From sequence record NC_047713.1: 64,000 bases of DNA. One strand, written 5' to 3'. The notes beneath the pieces were generated by a model. The model worked only from the letters and a program-made list of their open reading frames with translations, was not told the origin of the DNA and searched no databases. Below, one piece after another: positions 19,401 through 26,507 of the stretch. A program made the position numbers and the translations under genes. How positions within the stretch are numbered: the stretch's first letter is position 1; each line of letters begins with the position of its first letter.

Positions 19401-20696
19401 CATGGTATGGAAGCAGACAACAATGTGGTTAGTATCACAGATATCCAACCAGATACAATTGGTACCCCACTAACACAGAGAGTTGATGTTTCCTCTAGTA
19501 GTTTGACAATTCAGGACTCTTCCTCATTCTCCACCTTTGAGGGTATTACTACCAGTATTGGTTATGCTCTAGTTGGTGGTGAGATTATTGAATACTCCAA
19601 CAGTGGTAGTGGTACTATTGGTATTACTTCTAGAGGTGTAGATAATAGTATTATTTCTACTCATAACGCTGGTGAGAGAGTATTCAAGTATGAACTCAGT
19701 GGTGTATCACTAAGGCGTATCAATAGGGAACATTTGATTCCTAATGATAGTCTCTTAGGTAATACTAGAGAGATTAATAACTTACCCATACAGATTAGTA
19801 GAAGTCCAAGAGTATCTGGTAGAGATCAATTGAGCTTCAATCAGGAACAGACCGCAGGTGGAGCATTTGGTAGATCCTCTCAAAACTATGAGTATACTAG
19901 AATCCTACCCAATCTAGCAGCCTTTGGTTTCGGTGATTCTACTAGTATTAGATCCGTAGCAAGAACCATATCAGGTACAAGTGCTGGTGGTTCTGAAGTA
20001 TCTTTCCTAGATCAGGGAAGTATACCTGTGAATCTAAACACCTGGAACACTTTCCCCAGTGTGAGAATGGTTGCTTCTCAGGTCAATGAGATTGAATATC
20101 TACAAGATCTTCCTAGACAGAAGTCGTTTACACTAGGGTTGACACTAACCAGTACAGATCCCAACCTCTCTCCAGTAGTTGATCTTCAACAGGTTAGTTT
20201 GATTACCTCTAGAAACTCCCTAAACAAACCAATCACCAACTACGCAGATGATTCAAGAGTTAACTTACTAGTAGGTGATCCTCACGCTTCTATCTATGTT
20301 TCACAGGTGATCAACTTAGAAACACCAGCTACCTCACTTGAGGTCATCATTAGTGCGTATCGTGATGTATCAGCTGACTTCCGTGTTCTCTATAGGTTGT
20401 ATGGTCCCAACTCCAATAACTCCACAGAACCAACTTGGGAGTTATTCCCTGGTTACACCAACATGCTAGATACTACTGGTGATGGTGTTGGTAATAGAAT
20501 TATTGATCCTTCCAAGAACAATGGTTTACCAAATGCAAGAGTTAGGGATAGTAACATTGGTGAAGTTCTAGAGTATGGTTACCACGTAGATGAGTTATCT
20601 GAGTTTTCTGGTTTCCAACTTAAGATTGTCTTTAGTGGAACCAATGAAGCAAGACCACCACTATTTACCGATATTAGAGCAATCGCGTTGGCTTAA
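13476..20696 (+). CDS. VrlC-like (DUF4815-type) large virion structural protein, 2406 aa
   Basis: N-terminus PYFDDFD..KDYYKVLFKPG.PVQARELT.LQSILQNQ, then LA.RTYEESGDY, RFKSGFFAD.F and DPLAQTF.VDE.G.FLTSIDLF. Position after gp8 as in cyanomyoviruses. Confidence 0.85.
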   Translation: MSQINLDTSPYFDDFDPSKDYYKVLFKPGFPVQARELTTLQSILQNQVSNFGKHLFKEGSMVIPGSITYNAKYESIVINKQQGGIDVSLYASRLVGKTIQGKTSGVTAKVINFLLPPNNGVTSPTIFVSYINSGSDAATTVFDNNEELISTSDIVYGNTTITAGTTFASTISTLSTAVGSAAQIRDGIYFIRGFFAQVRESVVILEPFSNTPSYRVGLQITEQVITAGQDNSLYDNAKGFNNFSAPGADRLKISTKLIKKPLDDYNDTNFVELLRVDNGEVKKIAENSDYNIIKDYLAQRTYEESGDYTLFGMGIKVAESLSDNLGNGGVYQFDQKTEQGGTPTDDLAVVKVSAGKAYVRGYDINNPGTVNLDINKPRTTENVEASSVPFEMGSKFFINNVKGTPVIGLDVNDNIVELYNGRVDGAGSSTGDLIGESRVYSYSLEDAPYTGPSTPWNLYLYDTQIFTKLTLNVDATGNILTSYKVRGLSSNATGYVRSVSTTEVVLTQVSGEFIRNEAISVNGKISSSLSVSLVDSYRNNDVRSISQASSSLDPNIEVDFSADTLQYSAIPTGFTASDSVTITTGGVVTCPGRIFDAFRVGDVIGYQKAGSEVITYNQVLSLNATNTSITVDAVANVAGVCDGTLPSSETRSGIRLYNSRLLNQEISQLYATLEERNISSVDLASSSLTFAKQINNLSTDASGVLTVNVSDLDVSGAVFEAFDQERYSIHYSNGTTQSLSSSQVTITSSTAEFTNLLPSQTTNVTLNCTAIKTGIKSKTKVLLRSQLLEVTKASSGISTVAQGLGQNDYYGLRVDDEEISLNVSDVTNIVAVYESLDDGTPTFDVLGFVNGLELDTRVAVGEQIKGDVSGAIARVVTVATPASVNIVYLTESTFEVGELVTFMESKIETNLQSITEGNYSNITNRFTLDKGQREQFYDYSRLVRNKNAKAPNKRILIIYDRFAVPVNDKGDFYTANSYSEEDFSKGVPMLAGGTLRASDTLDFRPRVAAFTSLNSSPFNYTSRDFGDNGNTVILVTKPSESMVLGYSYFVGRRDRIVLGSNGKFSVIEGTPAEFPTLPTIGDGVMELAQITYPPYLYYIEDVQIIEVDNRRYTMRDIGKLEDRIENLEEVTSLSLLERETESLQVLDEDGNDRFKSGFFADDFTNAEFIDNDYEDTNIDVEPATSSLVTRQLFSTIPLRAQLSESIDENIVDLSDNLPLVDTNLQKTGDIVTLSYVEVPWITQPLSSRTENVNPFNVILFNGSITLNPASDDFVITRQIPGNTQTIDVFGDGNSSNFDQTFVESVETAQWMRSRNIAFHGRGIKPFTQFYAFFDGTSGIDIIPKLIEITMTNGAFSVGERVVGTTGGRRIFAARVATPNHKEGTFNSPDRTFETNPYNRDAQLASSYSASSTILNIDTNSLADITDSRFFGYITPGTRLVGQSSGAIADVTEVKLIADTFAELYGAIWLRDPYASPTPSFRLATGVRTLKLTSSTTNAQSTLGGTTISFAESNFQSSGLVQNRQTDTTVVTVRPLPPPPPPIIIDQTVTIVNNNTTVIDNTVTQNIDNTQTIIREVEVDDDDPLAQTFMVDETGAFLTSIDLFMATKSETDNLIVQVRTTELATPTNLLIQDFAEVVLSPDQVNVSEDGTAVTKVTFPSPIYLESGITYAVVLLAPTTDEYTSFIAVMGEENLSGEIDPNLDLNATLPEGSTQSNSNLPGTAIISQQYLGGSLFKSQNGTIWTPTQFEDLKFTLNKAQFNQTPGTLFLNNPPLTETGILPPDPIETLPRKLKVSVSSNTYNFSEGDIISSVGSGATNTALVTGDLETLGGPLATLDVTDPGVGFIDGSYSSVTVYPITSSGSGAELNVTISGNVITAATVTTGGSGYRVGDTIGITTADVGAAGGDSVLTLDTIGDTDTLFLTNVQGEKMVITESIKVYDTVTESLRTTGVDITTESEVLNPMYNGSIFVANIPNHGMEADNNVVSITDIQPDTIGTPLTQRVDVSSSSLTIQDSSSFSTFEGITTSIGYALVGGEIIEYSNSGSGTIGITSRGVDNSIISTHNAGERVFKYELSGVSLRRINREHLIPNDSLLGNTREINNLPIQISRSPRVSGRDQLSFNQEQTAGGAFGRSSQNYEYTRILPNLAAFGFGDSTSIRSVARTISGTSAGGSEVSFLDQGSIPVNLNTWNTFPSVRMVASQVNEIEYLQDLPRQKSFTLGLTLTSTDPNLSPVVDLQQVSLITSRNSLNKPITNYADDSRVNLLVGDPHASIYVSQVINLETPATSLEVIISAYRDVSADFRVLYRLYGPNSNNSTEPTWELFPGYTNMLDTTGDGVGNRIIDPSKNNGLPNARVRDSNIGEVLEYGYHVDELSEFSGFQLKIVFSGTNEARPPLFTDIRAIALA

Positions 20697-20920
20697 TGGG
20701 AAAGAAAAGGGTACAGGGTTACAATAACCTTTATCGTAACGAATCCGGTGCTATCGTTAATACCGATACCACTGGTTATGTTGCATACAAAAAGAAAAGA
20801 GATTCCTCCAAACTGAAACAGGATCAAATTGAATCCTTAGGAACTCAGTTGGAGGAAGCAAAGAATGAGATCAATGAGCTCAAGGATCTGGTCAAACAGA
20901 TGATTAATAAGAACGTCTAA
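20696..20920 (+). CDS. Small coiled-coil hypothetical protein (74 aa)
   Basis: TAATG-coupled to the VrlC-like gene. Contains NLYR.ESGAIVNTD..GY.AY and a heptad-rich C-terminus. Confidence 0.75.
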   Translation: MGKKRVQGYNNLYRNESGAIVNTDTTGYVAYKKKRDSSKLKQDQIESLGTQLEEAKNEINELKDLVKQMINKNV

Positions 20921-20923
20921 ATA
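20917..20923 (+). promoter_or_regulatory. Probable late promoter variant CTAAATA
   Basis: One-off variant of TATAAATA located about 25 nt before the next start codon. The same variant recurs before gp15, the 839-aa gene and gp20. Confidence 0.5.
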
Positions 20924-20947
20924 TTAGAGTAATACTAGCTAATTCTC

Positions 20948-21481
20948 ATGGCAAGTGCCTACGTATCAAATATAACTATTGATCAGGGTGCTGACTTTTC
21001 TGCTTATTTCACATTAGATGATGCTGGAACCTCGGTTCCTATCAATCTAACTAGATTTACTGCATATGGGCAACTTAGGAAACATCCTACTGCCCCTTTT
21101 GGTGTGCAGTTTGATATTAAGATCGCTAAGCCAAAAACTGGCGAGATTATTATCTCATTGAACTCAGCACAGACCTCCGCTTTAGATGAGGGTCGTTATG
21201 TATATGATGTATATCTCAGAAGCACCACGAACGCTAAAGTGTATCGTGTTGTGGAGGGAATGGCACTAGTTAACCCCGGTGTAACCGACATGCAAACTGG
21301 AATTATCCCACCATCATACCCACCCGTCGCTATCGGACCAACTCCACCCACAGATCCCATCGAAGGGAATCTCTGGTGGAACTCTGAAGATGGGCGTATG
21401 TATATCTACTATATTGATAAAGACTCAGCACAGTGGGTACAGACCAATCCAAGTAGTAAAGACACAGAGAGGACTAACTGA
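20948..21481 (+). CDS. Virion structural protein: beta-sandwich domain plus a C-terminal fibre-type motif
   Basis: N-terminal YVSNITIDQGADF...G.IIISL...QT..L..GRYVYDV domain. C-terminal P.P....GNLWWNS.DGR.YIYY.D.DSAQWV motif is typical of cyanophage fibre proteins. Confidence 0.7.
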   Translation: MASAYVSNITIDQGADFSAYFTLDDAGTSVPINLTRFTAYGQLRKHPTAPFGVQFDIKIAKPKTGEIIISLNSAQTSALDEGRYVYDVYLRSTTNAKVYRVVEGMALVNPGVTDMQTGIIPPSYPPVAIGPTPPTDPIEGNLWWNSEDGRMYIYYIDKDSAQWVQTNPSSKDTERTN

Positions 21482-21738
21482 TGGCAAACTTACTCGATCA
21501 AATCGGTCAGAGAAATGTTGTTAGGGTAGTATCCCAAGGTGTCCCAGCAACACTATCTGGACTTTCAGATACAGACTTTAGTGGTATTGGTACTGGAATG
21601 GTACCAGTATGGGATGGTGATGCTTTCACACCAATAGTAGGAGGTGCCAACCAAAGTGTCTCCAATATCATTCTAACGACAAACCCAGTCACACACGCAA
21701 CTGCATGGACTGATACTATTGATGGTGGATTCTTCTAA
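21481..21738 (+). CDS. Small structural/hypothetical protein (85 aa)
   Basis: Translationally coupled on both sides. Contains LSGLSDTDF.G...G.VPVWDG and ends in IDGGFF, a fibre-protein-like ending. Confidence 0.7.
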   Translation: MANLLDQIGQRNVVRVVSQGVPATLSGLSDTDFSGIGTGMVPVWDGDAFTPIVGGANQSVSNIILTTNPVTHATAWTDTIDGGFF

Positions 21739-22631
21739 TGGCAAAACCCCACACACGACAAGAACTTGTCAATTATGGATTGAGGCAGTTGGGCGCTCCA
21801 GTTCTAGAGATTAATATTGCAGATGAGCAAATTGATGATCTACTAGACGATACTATCCAACACTTCCAAGAAAGGCACTACGATGGTGTTGTTAGAACAT
21901 ATCTAAAGTATGAACTAACAAAAGAAGATATTGCACGCGGTGGTGACATCAATCCAATGGTGAATCCAGGTATCACTACAGTAGGACCAGTAACATATCC
22001 AAACCCACCCAAACAAGTAGAAGACAGGTACATAGAGAACTCCAATTGGATTCATCTACCTGATTATGTTATCGGTGTTGAGAAGGTCTATGTACCCCGA
22101 GAAGCGACTGGTGGTGTAGGTGGATATATAAACCTGATTGGTCCCGATGGGGGTCTTGGAGGAGGTTGTGGCGGTGGCGGACTCGGTGGTGGTGGTCTAG
22201 CCGGTATGGGTTATCTTGGTGGTGGAGATATAATTTCATATTTTATGGCTAAGCAATGGATGGCAACATATGACTATATGTTCAACCCAGACGCTGCTAT
22301 TCGGTTCAATAAGAGAATGGATCGTCTATATCTTGACATCAACTGGCGTCGCCTAACAGCAGGTGAGCTTATTGTTGTTGATTGCTACAGAGCACTTGAT
22401 CCTGAACAATTTGTAGAAGTCTACAATGATAGTTGGGTGAAGAAGTGGTTTACTGCTCTATTGAAAAAGCAATGGGGTCAGAACCTAATGAAGTTCAAAG
22501 GAACTAGACTTGCTGGTGGCATTGAGATGAATGGTAGAGAAATCTACGATGAAGGTGTCAAAGAACTTGAGATCATTAAGAATGATATGTCTAGTCATTA
22601 TGAACTTCCTCCATTGGATATGATTGGTTAA
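21738..22631 (+). CDS. gp13: Neck protein gp13
   Basis: MAKP.TRQEL..Y.LRQLGAPVLEIN, WVKKW.TAL.K.QWGQNL.KF.G..L.GG...NG..IY, and a PPLDMIG end. Confidence 0.92.
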   Translation: MAKPHTRQELVNYGLRQLGAPVLEINIADEQIDDLLDDTIQHFQERHYDGVVRTYLKYELTKEDIARGGDINPMVNPGITTVGPVTYPNPPKQVEDRYIENSNWIHLPDYVIGVEKVYVPREATGGVGGYINLIGPDGGLGGGCGGGGLGGGGLAGMGYLGGGDIISYFMAKQWMATYDYMFNPDAAIRFNKRMDRLYLDINWRRLTAGELIVVDCYRALDPEQFVEVYNDSWVKKWFTALLKKQWGQNLMKFKGTRLAGGIEMNGREIYDEGVKELEIIKNDMSSHYELPPLDMIG

Positions 22632-22636
22632 GTAAA

Positions 22637-24115
22637 ATGGTTGTTAATCCCTTTTTCCTACATGGTTCCACTCAGGAACAAAACCTGATGCAGAATCTGG
22701 TCAATGAACAGATTCAAATGTACGGGATCGATGTATATTACATCCCTCGTACATTTATTAGGGATGCGACCATCATGCGGGAGGTCACTTCCTCTGCATT
22801 TCGATCATACTTTGTTCTAGAAGCATACCTAGAGAACTTTGATGGATATGGTGGTCAAGGAGACCTCATGTCCAAGTTTGGCATTCAAGTCAAAGATGAA
22901 GTTACACTTACCATCTCCAGGGATAGGTATGAGAACTATATTGCACCATTCCTGAACTCCAGGATGTTGTACTTAATGGACTCTCCCCAAGATGATGGTC
23001 AAATGATGACCATCCAGAGACCCAAAGAAGGGGATCTAATCTACTTCCCATTGGGTAGAAGACTATTTGAAATTAAGTTTGTAGAGCATGAGAAACCCTT
23101 CTATCAGTTAGGTAAGGGATATGTTTATGAACTTCAGTGCGAACTATTTGAGTATGAAGATGAAGTCCTCGATACAAGTGTCGATGAGATCGATAGTACT
23201 CTACTTAATAAGGGTTATATTACAACTATTAACCTTGTCCCCGTTAGTAACAGAGCTGTTGTTACACCCAAAACTGGCACTGGATACATCACAGAACTAA
23301 CTATCTTCAATGAGGGTAGTGGATATAAGTCACCACCTAGTATTGTTATTGATCCACCACAACTGGGAACAGATCCTAGTGTTGTTGCACTACTCACTAG
23401 ACCAGATTCTAGTACCCCTGAACCTGCCATCAAACAGGTTGTAGTATTTAATAGTGGTTCTGGATATGTGGAACCACCTAGTGTTATTGCAGTTGGTGGT
23501 GAAGGAGAGGGTTCTATTATTAGAGCAGGTATCAATAGCCTATCTGATGGTATTATTGATTTTGTTGTGTCTGAGAAGGGTGCTGGTTATCCAGAAGATG
23601 TGGATATCATTGTATATGATGATGACAATAATATTGTGGCGCAGGGTAAAGGGCTATCTGATGGTGATCAGATTGTATCTGCTATTATCACAAACCCAGG
23701 AAAAGACCTACCATCCAGTGTGAGGGCTATTGTGGCAAAACCAGCAGATGAGGGTGATGGTATCTTTGTATACAATGAGATTGTAGTGGGACAACAGTCC
23801 GGTATGAGAGCGAGAGTTCGTGGATGGGATCAACCCAATTACCAACTACATATCACTAACTTAGATCCCACTCAGAAGTCTATTAACTTCCAAGCAGGTG
23901 AGACTATTGTTGGTGAAACCAGTGGTGCCAAGTATTCTCTCAAGAACTTTGTGGATACACAATCCAAAGCAGACTTCTACTCCGATAACGATAATATTGG
24001 AAATGGGGGTGAGGAGATTGTGAATACTGATGACGAATATAACCAGTTCTTTGATACTAATAGAAACTACTTTAACCCTGATTTCAGTAACAACGATCCC
24101 TTCGGTGAACAGTAA
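22637..24115 (+). CDS. gp14: Neck protein gp14 (with GSGY-repeat insertion)
   Basis: NPFFLHGS..EQ.L.Q.L.NEQI.MYG.DVYYIPR, P.EGDLIYFP....LFEIKFVEHE.PFYQLGK.YVY.L.CELFEY, and an NDPFG end. Confidence 0.92.
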   Translation: MVVNPFFLHGSTQEQNLMQNLVNEQIQMYGIDVYYIPRTFIRDATIMREVTSSAFRSYFVLEAYLENFDGYGGQGDLMSKFGIQVKDEVTLTISRDRYENYIAPFLNSRMLYLMDSPQDDGQMMTIQRPKEGDLIYFPLGRRLFEIKFVEHEKPFYQLGKGYVYELQCELFEYEDEVLDTSVDEIDSTLLNKGYITTINLVPVSNRAVVTPKTGTGYITELTIFNEGSGYKSPPSIVIDPPQLGTDPSVVALLTRPDSSTPEPAIKQVVVFNSGSGYVEPPSVIAVGGEGEGSIIRAGINSLSDGIIDFVVSEKGAGYPEDVDIIVYDDDNNIVAQGKGLSDGDQIVSAIITNPGKDLPSSVRAIVAKPADEGDGIFVYNEIVVGQQSGMRARVRGWDQPNYQLHITNLDPTQKSINFQAGETIVGETSGAKYSLKNFVDTQSKADFYSDNDNIGNGGEEIVNTDDEYNQFFDTNRNYFNPDFSNNDPFGEQ

Positions 24116-24122
24116 CTAAATA
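24116..24122 (+). promoter_or_regulatory. Probable late promoter variant CTAAATA upstream of gp15
   Basis: Intergenic, immediately after the gp14 stop. Confidence 0.5.
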
Positions 24123-24150
24123 ACTTATCTAGTTATTATCATTAATACCC

Positions 24151-24951
24151 GTGGGTGAATATTTTTATCATGAGATCATCAAGAGAACTGTTGTCGGTTT
24201 CGGCAATCTCTTCAATGGTCTTACTATCCAAAAGGTAGACAAGAAGCAAAACGTCATTAACGTGATGAAGGTGCCTCTTGCATATGGTCCTACCCAGAAG
24301 TTTCTGGCAAAGATTACTCAGCAGGGTGAGTTAAACCAACCTACTGAGATTACTTTACCACGTATGTCTTTTGAGATGAACTCTCTTGCATATGACGGAT
24401 CGCGGAAGACCGCACCCACTCAGATGTTTAAGACACTAGATAACGGGGAGACACTTAAAAAGGTTTATCTTCCAGTTCCATATAATATTGGTTTTGAACT
24501 TAATATTATGACCAAGTTGAATGAGGATGCTCTACAACTTGTCGAACAAATTCTTCCATATTTCCAACCTTCCTTTAATATTACTGTCGATCTAGTTGAT
24601 CAGATTGGTGAGAAGAGAGATATCCCTGTGGTACTCGACTCCATCAACTTCACTGACGACTATGAAGGAGACTTCACAGGTAGACGTATTCTAATCTATA
24701 CTCTATCATTCACTGCCAAATCCTACATGTTTGGACCTGTCAGTGAATCTGGGGATGGTCTTATTCGTAAGGTTCAGGTTGATTATCATACTTCAACCGA
24801 GAGGGATTCACCTCGTGAGGTTCGTTACACAGCCACACCAGACCCAGTTGATGCCGAACCCACTGATGACTTTGGGTTTAGTGAAGAAACTGTAGTATAC
24901 TTTGATTCTAAAGTATACAGTCCAACTCAAGGTGAGGATTACACTCCATGA
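24151..24951 (+). CDS. gp15: Tail sheath stabiliser/terminator gp15 (GTG start)
   Basis: YFYHEIIKRTVV.FG.LFN, KVPLAYGP.QKFLA, TLPRMSFE, QILPYFQP, KRDIP.VL, DDYEGDF..RR..IYTL.FTAK. Confidence 0.92.
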   Translation: MGEYFYHEIIKRTVVGFGNLFNGLTIQKVDKKQNVINVMKVPLAYGPTQKFLAKITQQGELNQPTEITLPRMSFEMNSLAYDGSRKTAPTQMFKTLDNGETLKKVYLPVPYNIGFELNIMTKLNEDALQLVEQILPYFQPSFNITVDLVDQIGEKRDIPVVLDSINFTDDYEGDFTGRRILIYTLSFTAKSYMFGPVSESGDGLIRKVQVDYHTSTERDSPREVRYTATPDPVDAEPTDDFGFSEETVVYFDSKVYSPTQGEDYTP

Positions 24952-25373
24952 GCTTTGAATCAATAGATGATGCACTGGATATTGAATCCAGTATTGTGAA
25001 AAAAGAAGAAGAGGTGGAGGTTACTCCTACCAATTCTAAAGAGAAACCATCTACTCCCCAAACTGAACAAGATTACAACTATAGTAGGGGACAACTCTAT
25101 TCTCTCATTGAGAAGGGACAAGAGGCGGTTAACAACGCATTAGAACTCGCCAACGAAGGTTCTAGTGCTAGATCATATGAGGTTGTTGGTGGTCTTATTA
25201 AGAATGTCGCAGACGTTACTGATAAACTACTAGATCTCCAAAAGAAGGTTAAGGATCTGGATGAAATTTCAGTTACTAATAACCAAACCAATGTAACCAA
25301 CAATTCGGTATTCGTCGGATCAACTACTGAACTCCAGAAGATGTTGAAAGAAGGATTGTTGAATAACGATTAA
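24948..25373 (+). CDS. gp16: Terminase small subunit gp16
   Basis: DY.YSRGQLYSLIEKGQEA....LELA......R.YEV.G.LIK.VAD.TDKL.DLQKK and NNSVFVGSTTELQKML. Confidence 0.9.
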   Translation: MSFESIDDALDIESSIVKKEEEVEVTPTNSKEKPSTPQTEQDYNYSRGQLYSLIEKGQEAVNNALELANEGSSARSYEVVGGLIKNVADVTDKLLDLQKKVKDLDEISVTNNQTNVTNNSVFVGSTTELQKMLKEGLLNND

Positions 25374-25378
25374 CTACT

Positions 25379-25792
25379 ATGGCTTACGAAGAAGAAAATC
25401 AGTGTAACTCTACACCTGAGGGTGAAGATTGCCCTAAGCACAAGAAGAAGTGCTGCAATTCTGAGGAAAAGAAACGCAAAAAGGGGATGTACGGTCTCCA
25501 GGATGAGGATAGTGAAGGCGATGAGTCCTCACAAGAGAATGGTGGCATGCCTCAGGATAGTGCCAATGAGGAAAGACAACTTAACCCAGACACTGACCTG
25601 AAGGACATGTCCAGTGATAGTAAGAAGAGGGCTATGGATTCTTTCCGTGAAAGAAGTTCTGAAGCTAAGAAAAGAAAATCAGATAAAGATAAGAAGGATG
25701 AATTGGCAACTGAACGCATGACAAAGGGCATAAGGTTCTTTGACAAACAGGGTTCAGGTTATATTAAAAAAGGTAAAAAGAGTTACGACTAA
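25379..25792 (+). CDS. Charged hypothetical protein with an N-terminal Cys/His cluster (137 aa)
   Basis: Fills the gap after gp16. QCNSTPEGEDCPKHKKKCC motif, and a C-terminal RMTKGIRFFDK.GSGYIK.GKK.YD module. Confidence 0.75.
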   Translation: MAYEEENQCNSTPEGEDCPKHKKKCCNSEEKKRKKGMYGLQDEDSEGDESSQENGGMPQDSANEERQLNPDTDLKDMSSDSKKRAMDSFRERSSEAKKRKSDKDKKDELATERMTKGIRFFDKQGSGYIKKGKKSYD

Positions 25793-25794
25793 CC

Positions 25795-26406
25795 ATGACA
25801 CTAATTAACGAACATAATCTTGGAGCTTGGAAAGCTTTAAACCCCCAAGACAAAAGACTACAAGCATTAACACTCTCAGAACTATTGGAGAATGTCGATC
25901 CAACTAGCGTAGATTTCAGTAGTATTACCTTTAAGGGGCGTACAGACGGTCTACTCGGAGATGGTCTCGATTGTGCTGAAAGTATTGGTTTTGTTGTATT
26001 TGATTGTGTATGTCTGTTCCTAGGAGCAGCAACACTAAGAGCTTCAGCCACTGCTGAGGTAGCCGAAGATATGGCTAAAGCTGCAGAACCTGTTGTTAAC
26101 CAACTAACACAGTATATTAGAACCATTTCTGATTCAGCATCATCAACATATGATGTTGCTTATGCTGTGTTTAAGGTAATCTCTACCATCTACAGTGGAG
26201 GTGCTTTAGGTGCTGTTTGTGGTGTGTTCTTCACGTCCCTAACTTGGTACAATGCTATTCTCTATGGAATGACTGCTGTTGGTACTATTATGGCTGCTTT
26301 GGCAACTGATGGTGCTGCTGAAATTGGTATTATTGTTGTGGAAATAGCAACAGCTGGTTTCCTAATTTCCGACAGTGTTGCCTGCTCTAAAGCTTGCAAC
26401 TACTGA
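25795..26406 (+). CDS. Hydrophobic helical hypothetical protein (203 aa), possibly membrane-active
   Basis: Clean ORF 2 nt after the previous stop. Three to four Ala/Gly/Val-rich hydrophobic stretches; Cys at both ends of the hydrophobic region. Confidence 0.75.
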   Translation: MTLINEHNLGAWKALNPQDKRLQALTLSELLENVDPTSVDFSSITFKGRTDGLLGDGLDCAESIGFVVFDCVCLFLGAATLRASATAEVAEDMAKAAEPVVNQLTQYIRTISDSASSTYDVAYAVFKVISTIYSGGALGAVCGVFFTSLTWYNAILYGMTAVGTIMAALATDGAAEIGIIVVEIATAGFLISDSVACSKACNY

Positions 26407-26410
26407 GTTG

Positions 26411-26417
26411 CTAAATA
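26411..26417 (+). promoter_or_regulatory. Probable late promoter variant CTAAATA
   Basis: Intergenic, upstream of the 839-aa gene. Confidence 0.45.
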
Positions 26418-26507
26418 TATCTGAAAGGCAATCTAGTCGTGGGCGGTATTTTAATATCGTTAACAATTGTCCATTGAAGCCTTTCCCACATTTACGGTTC
26501 AATAGAT

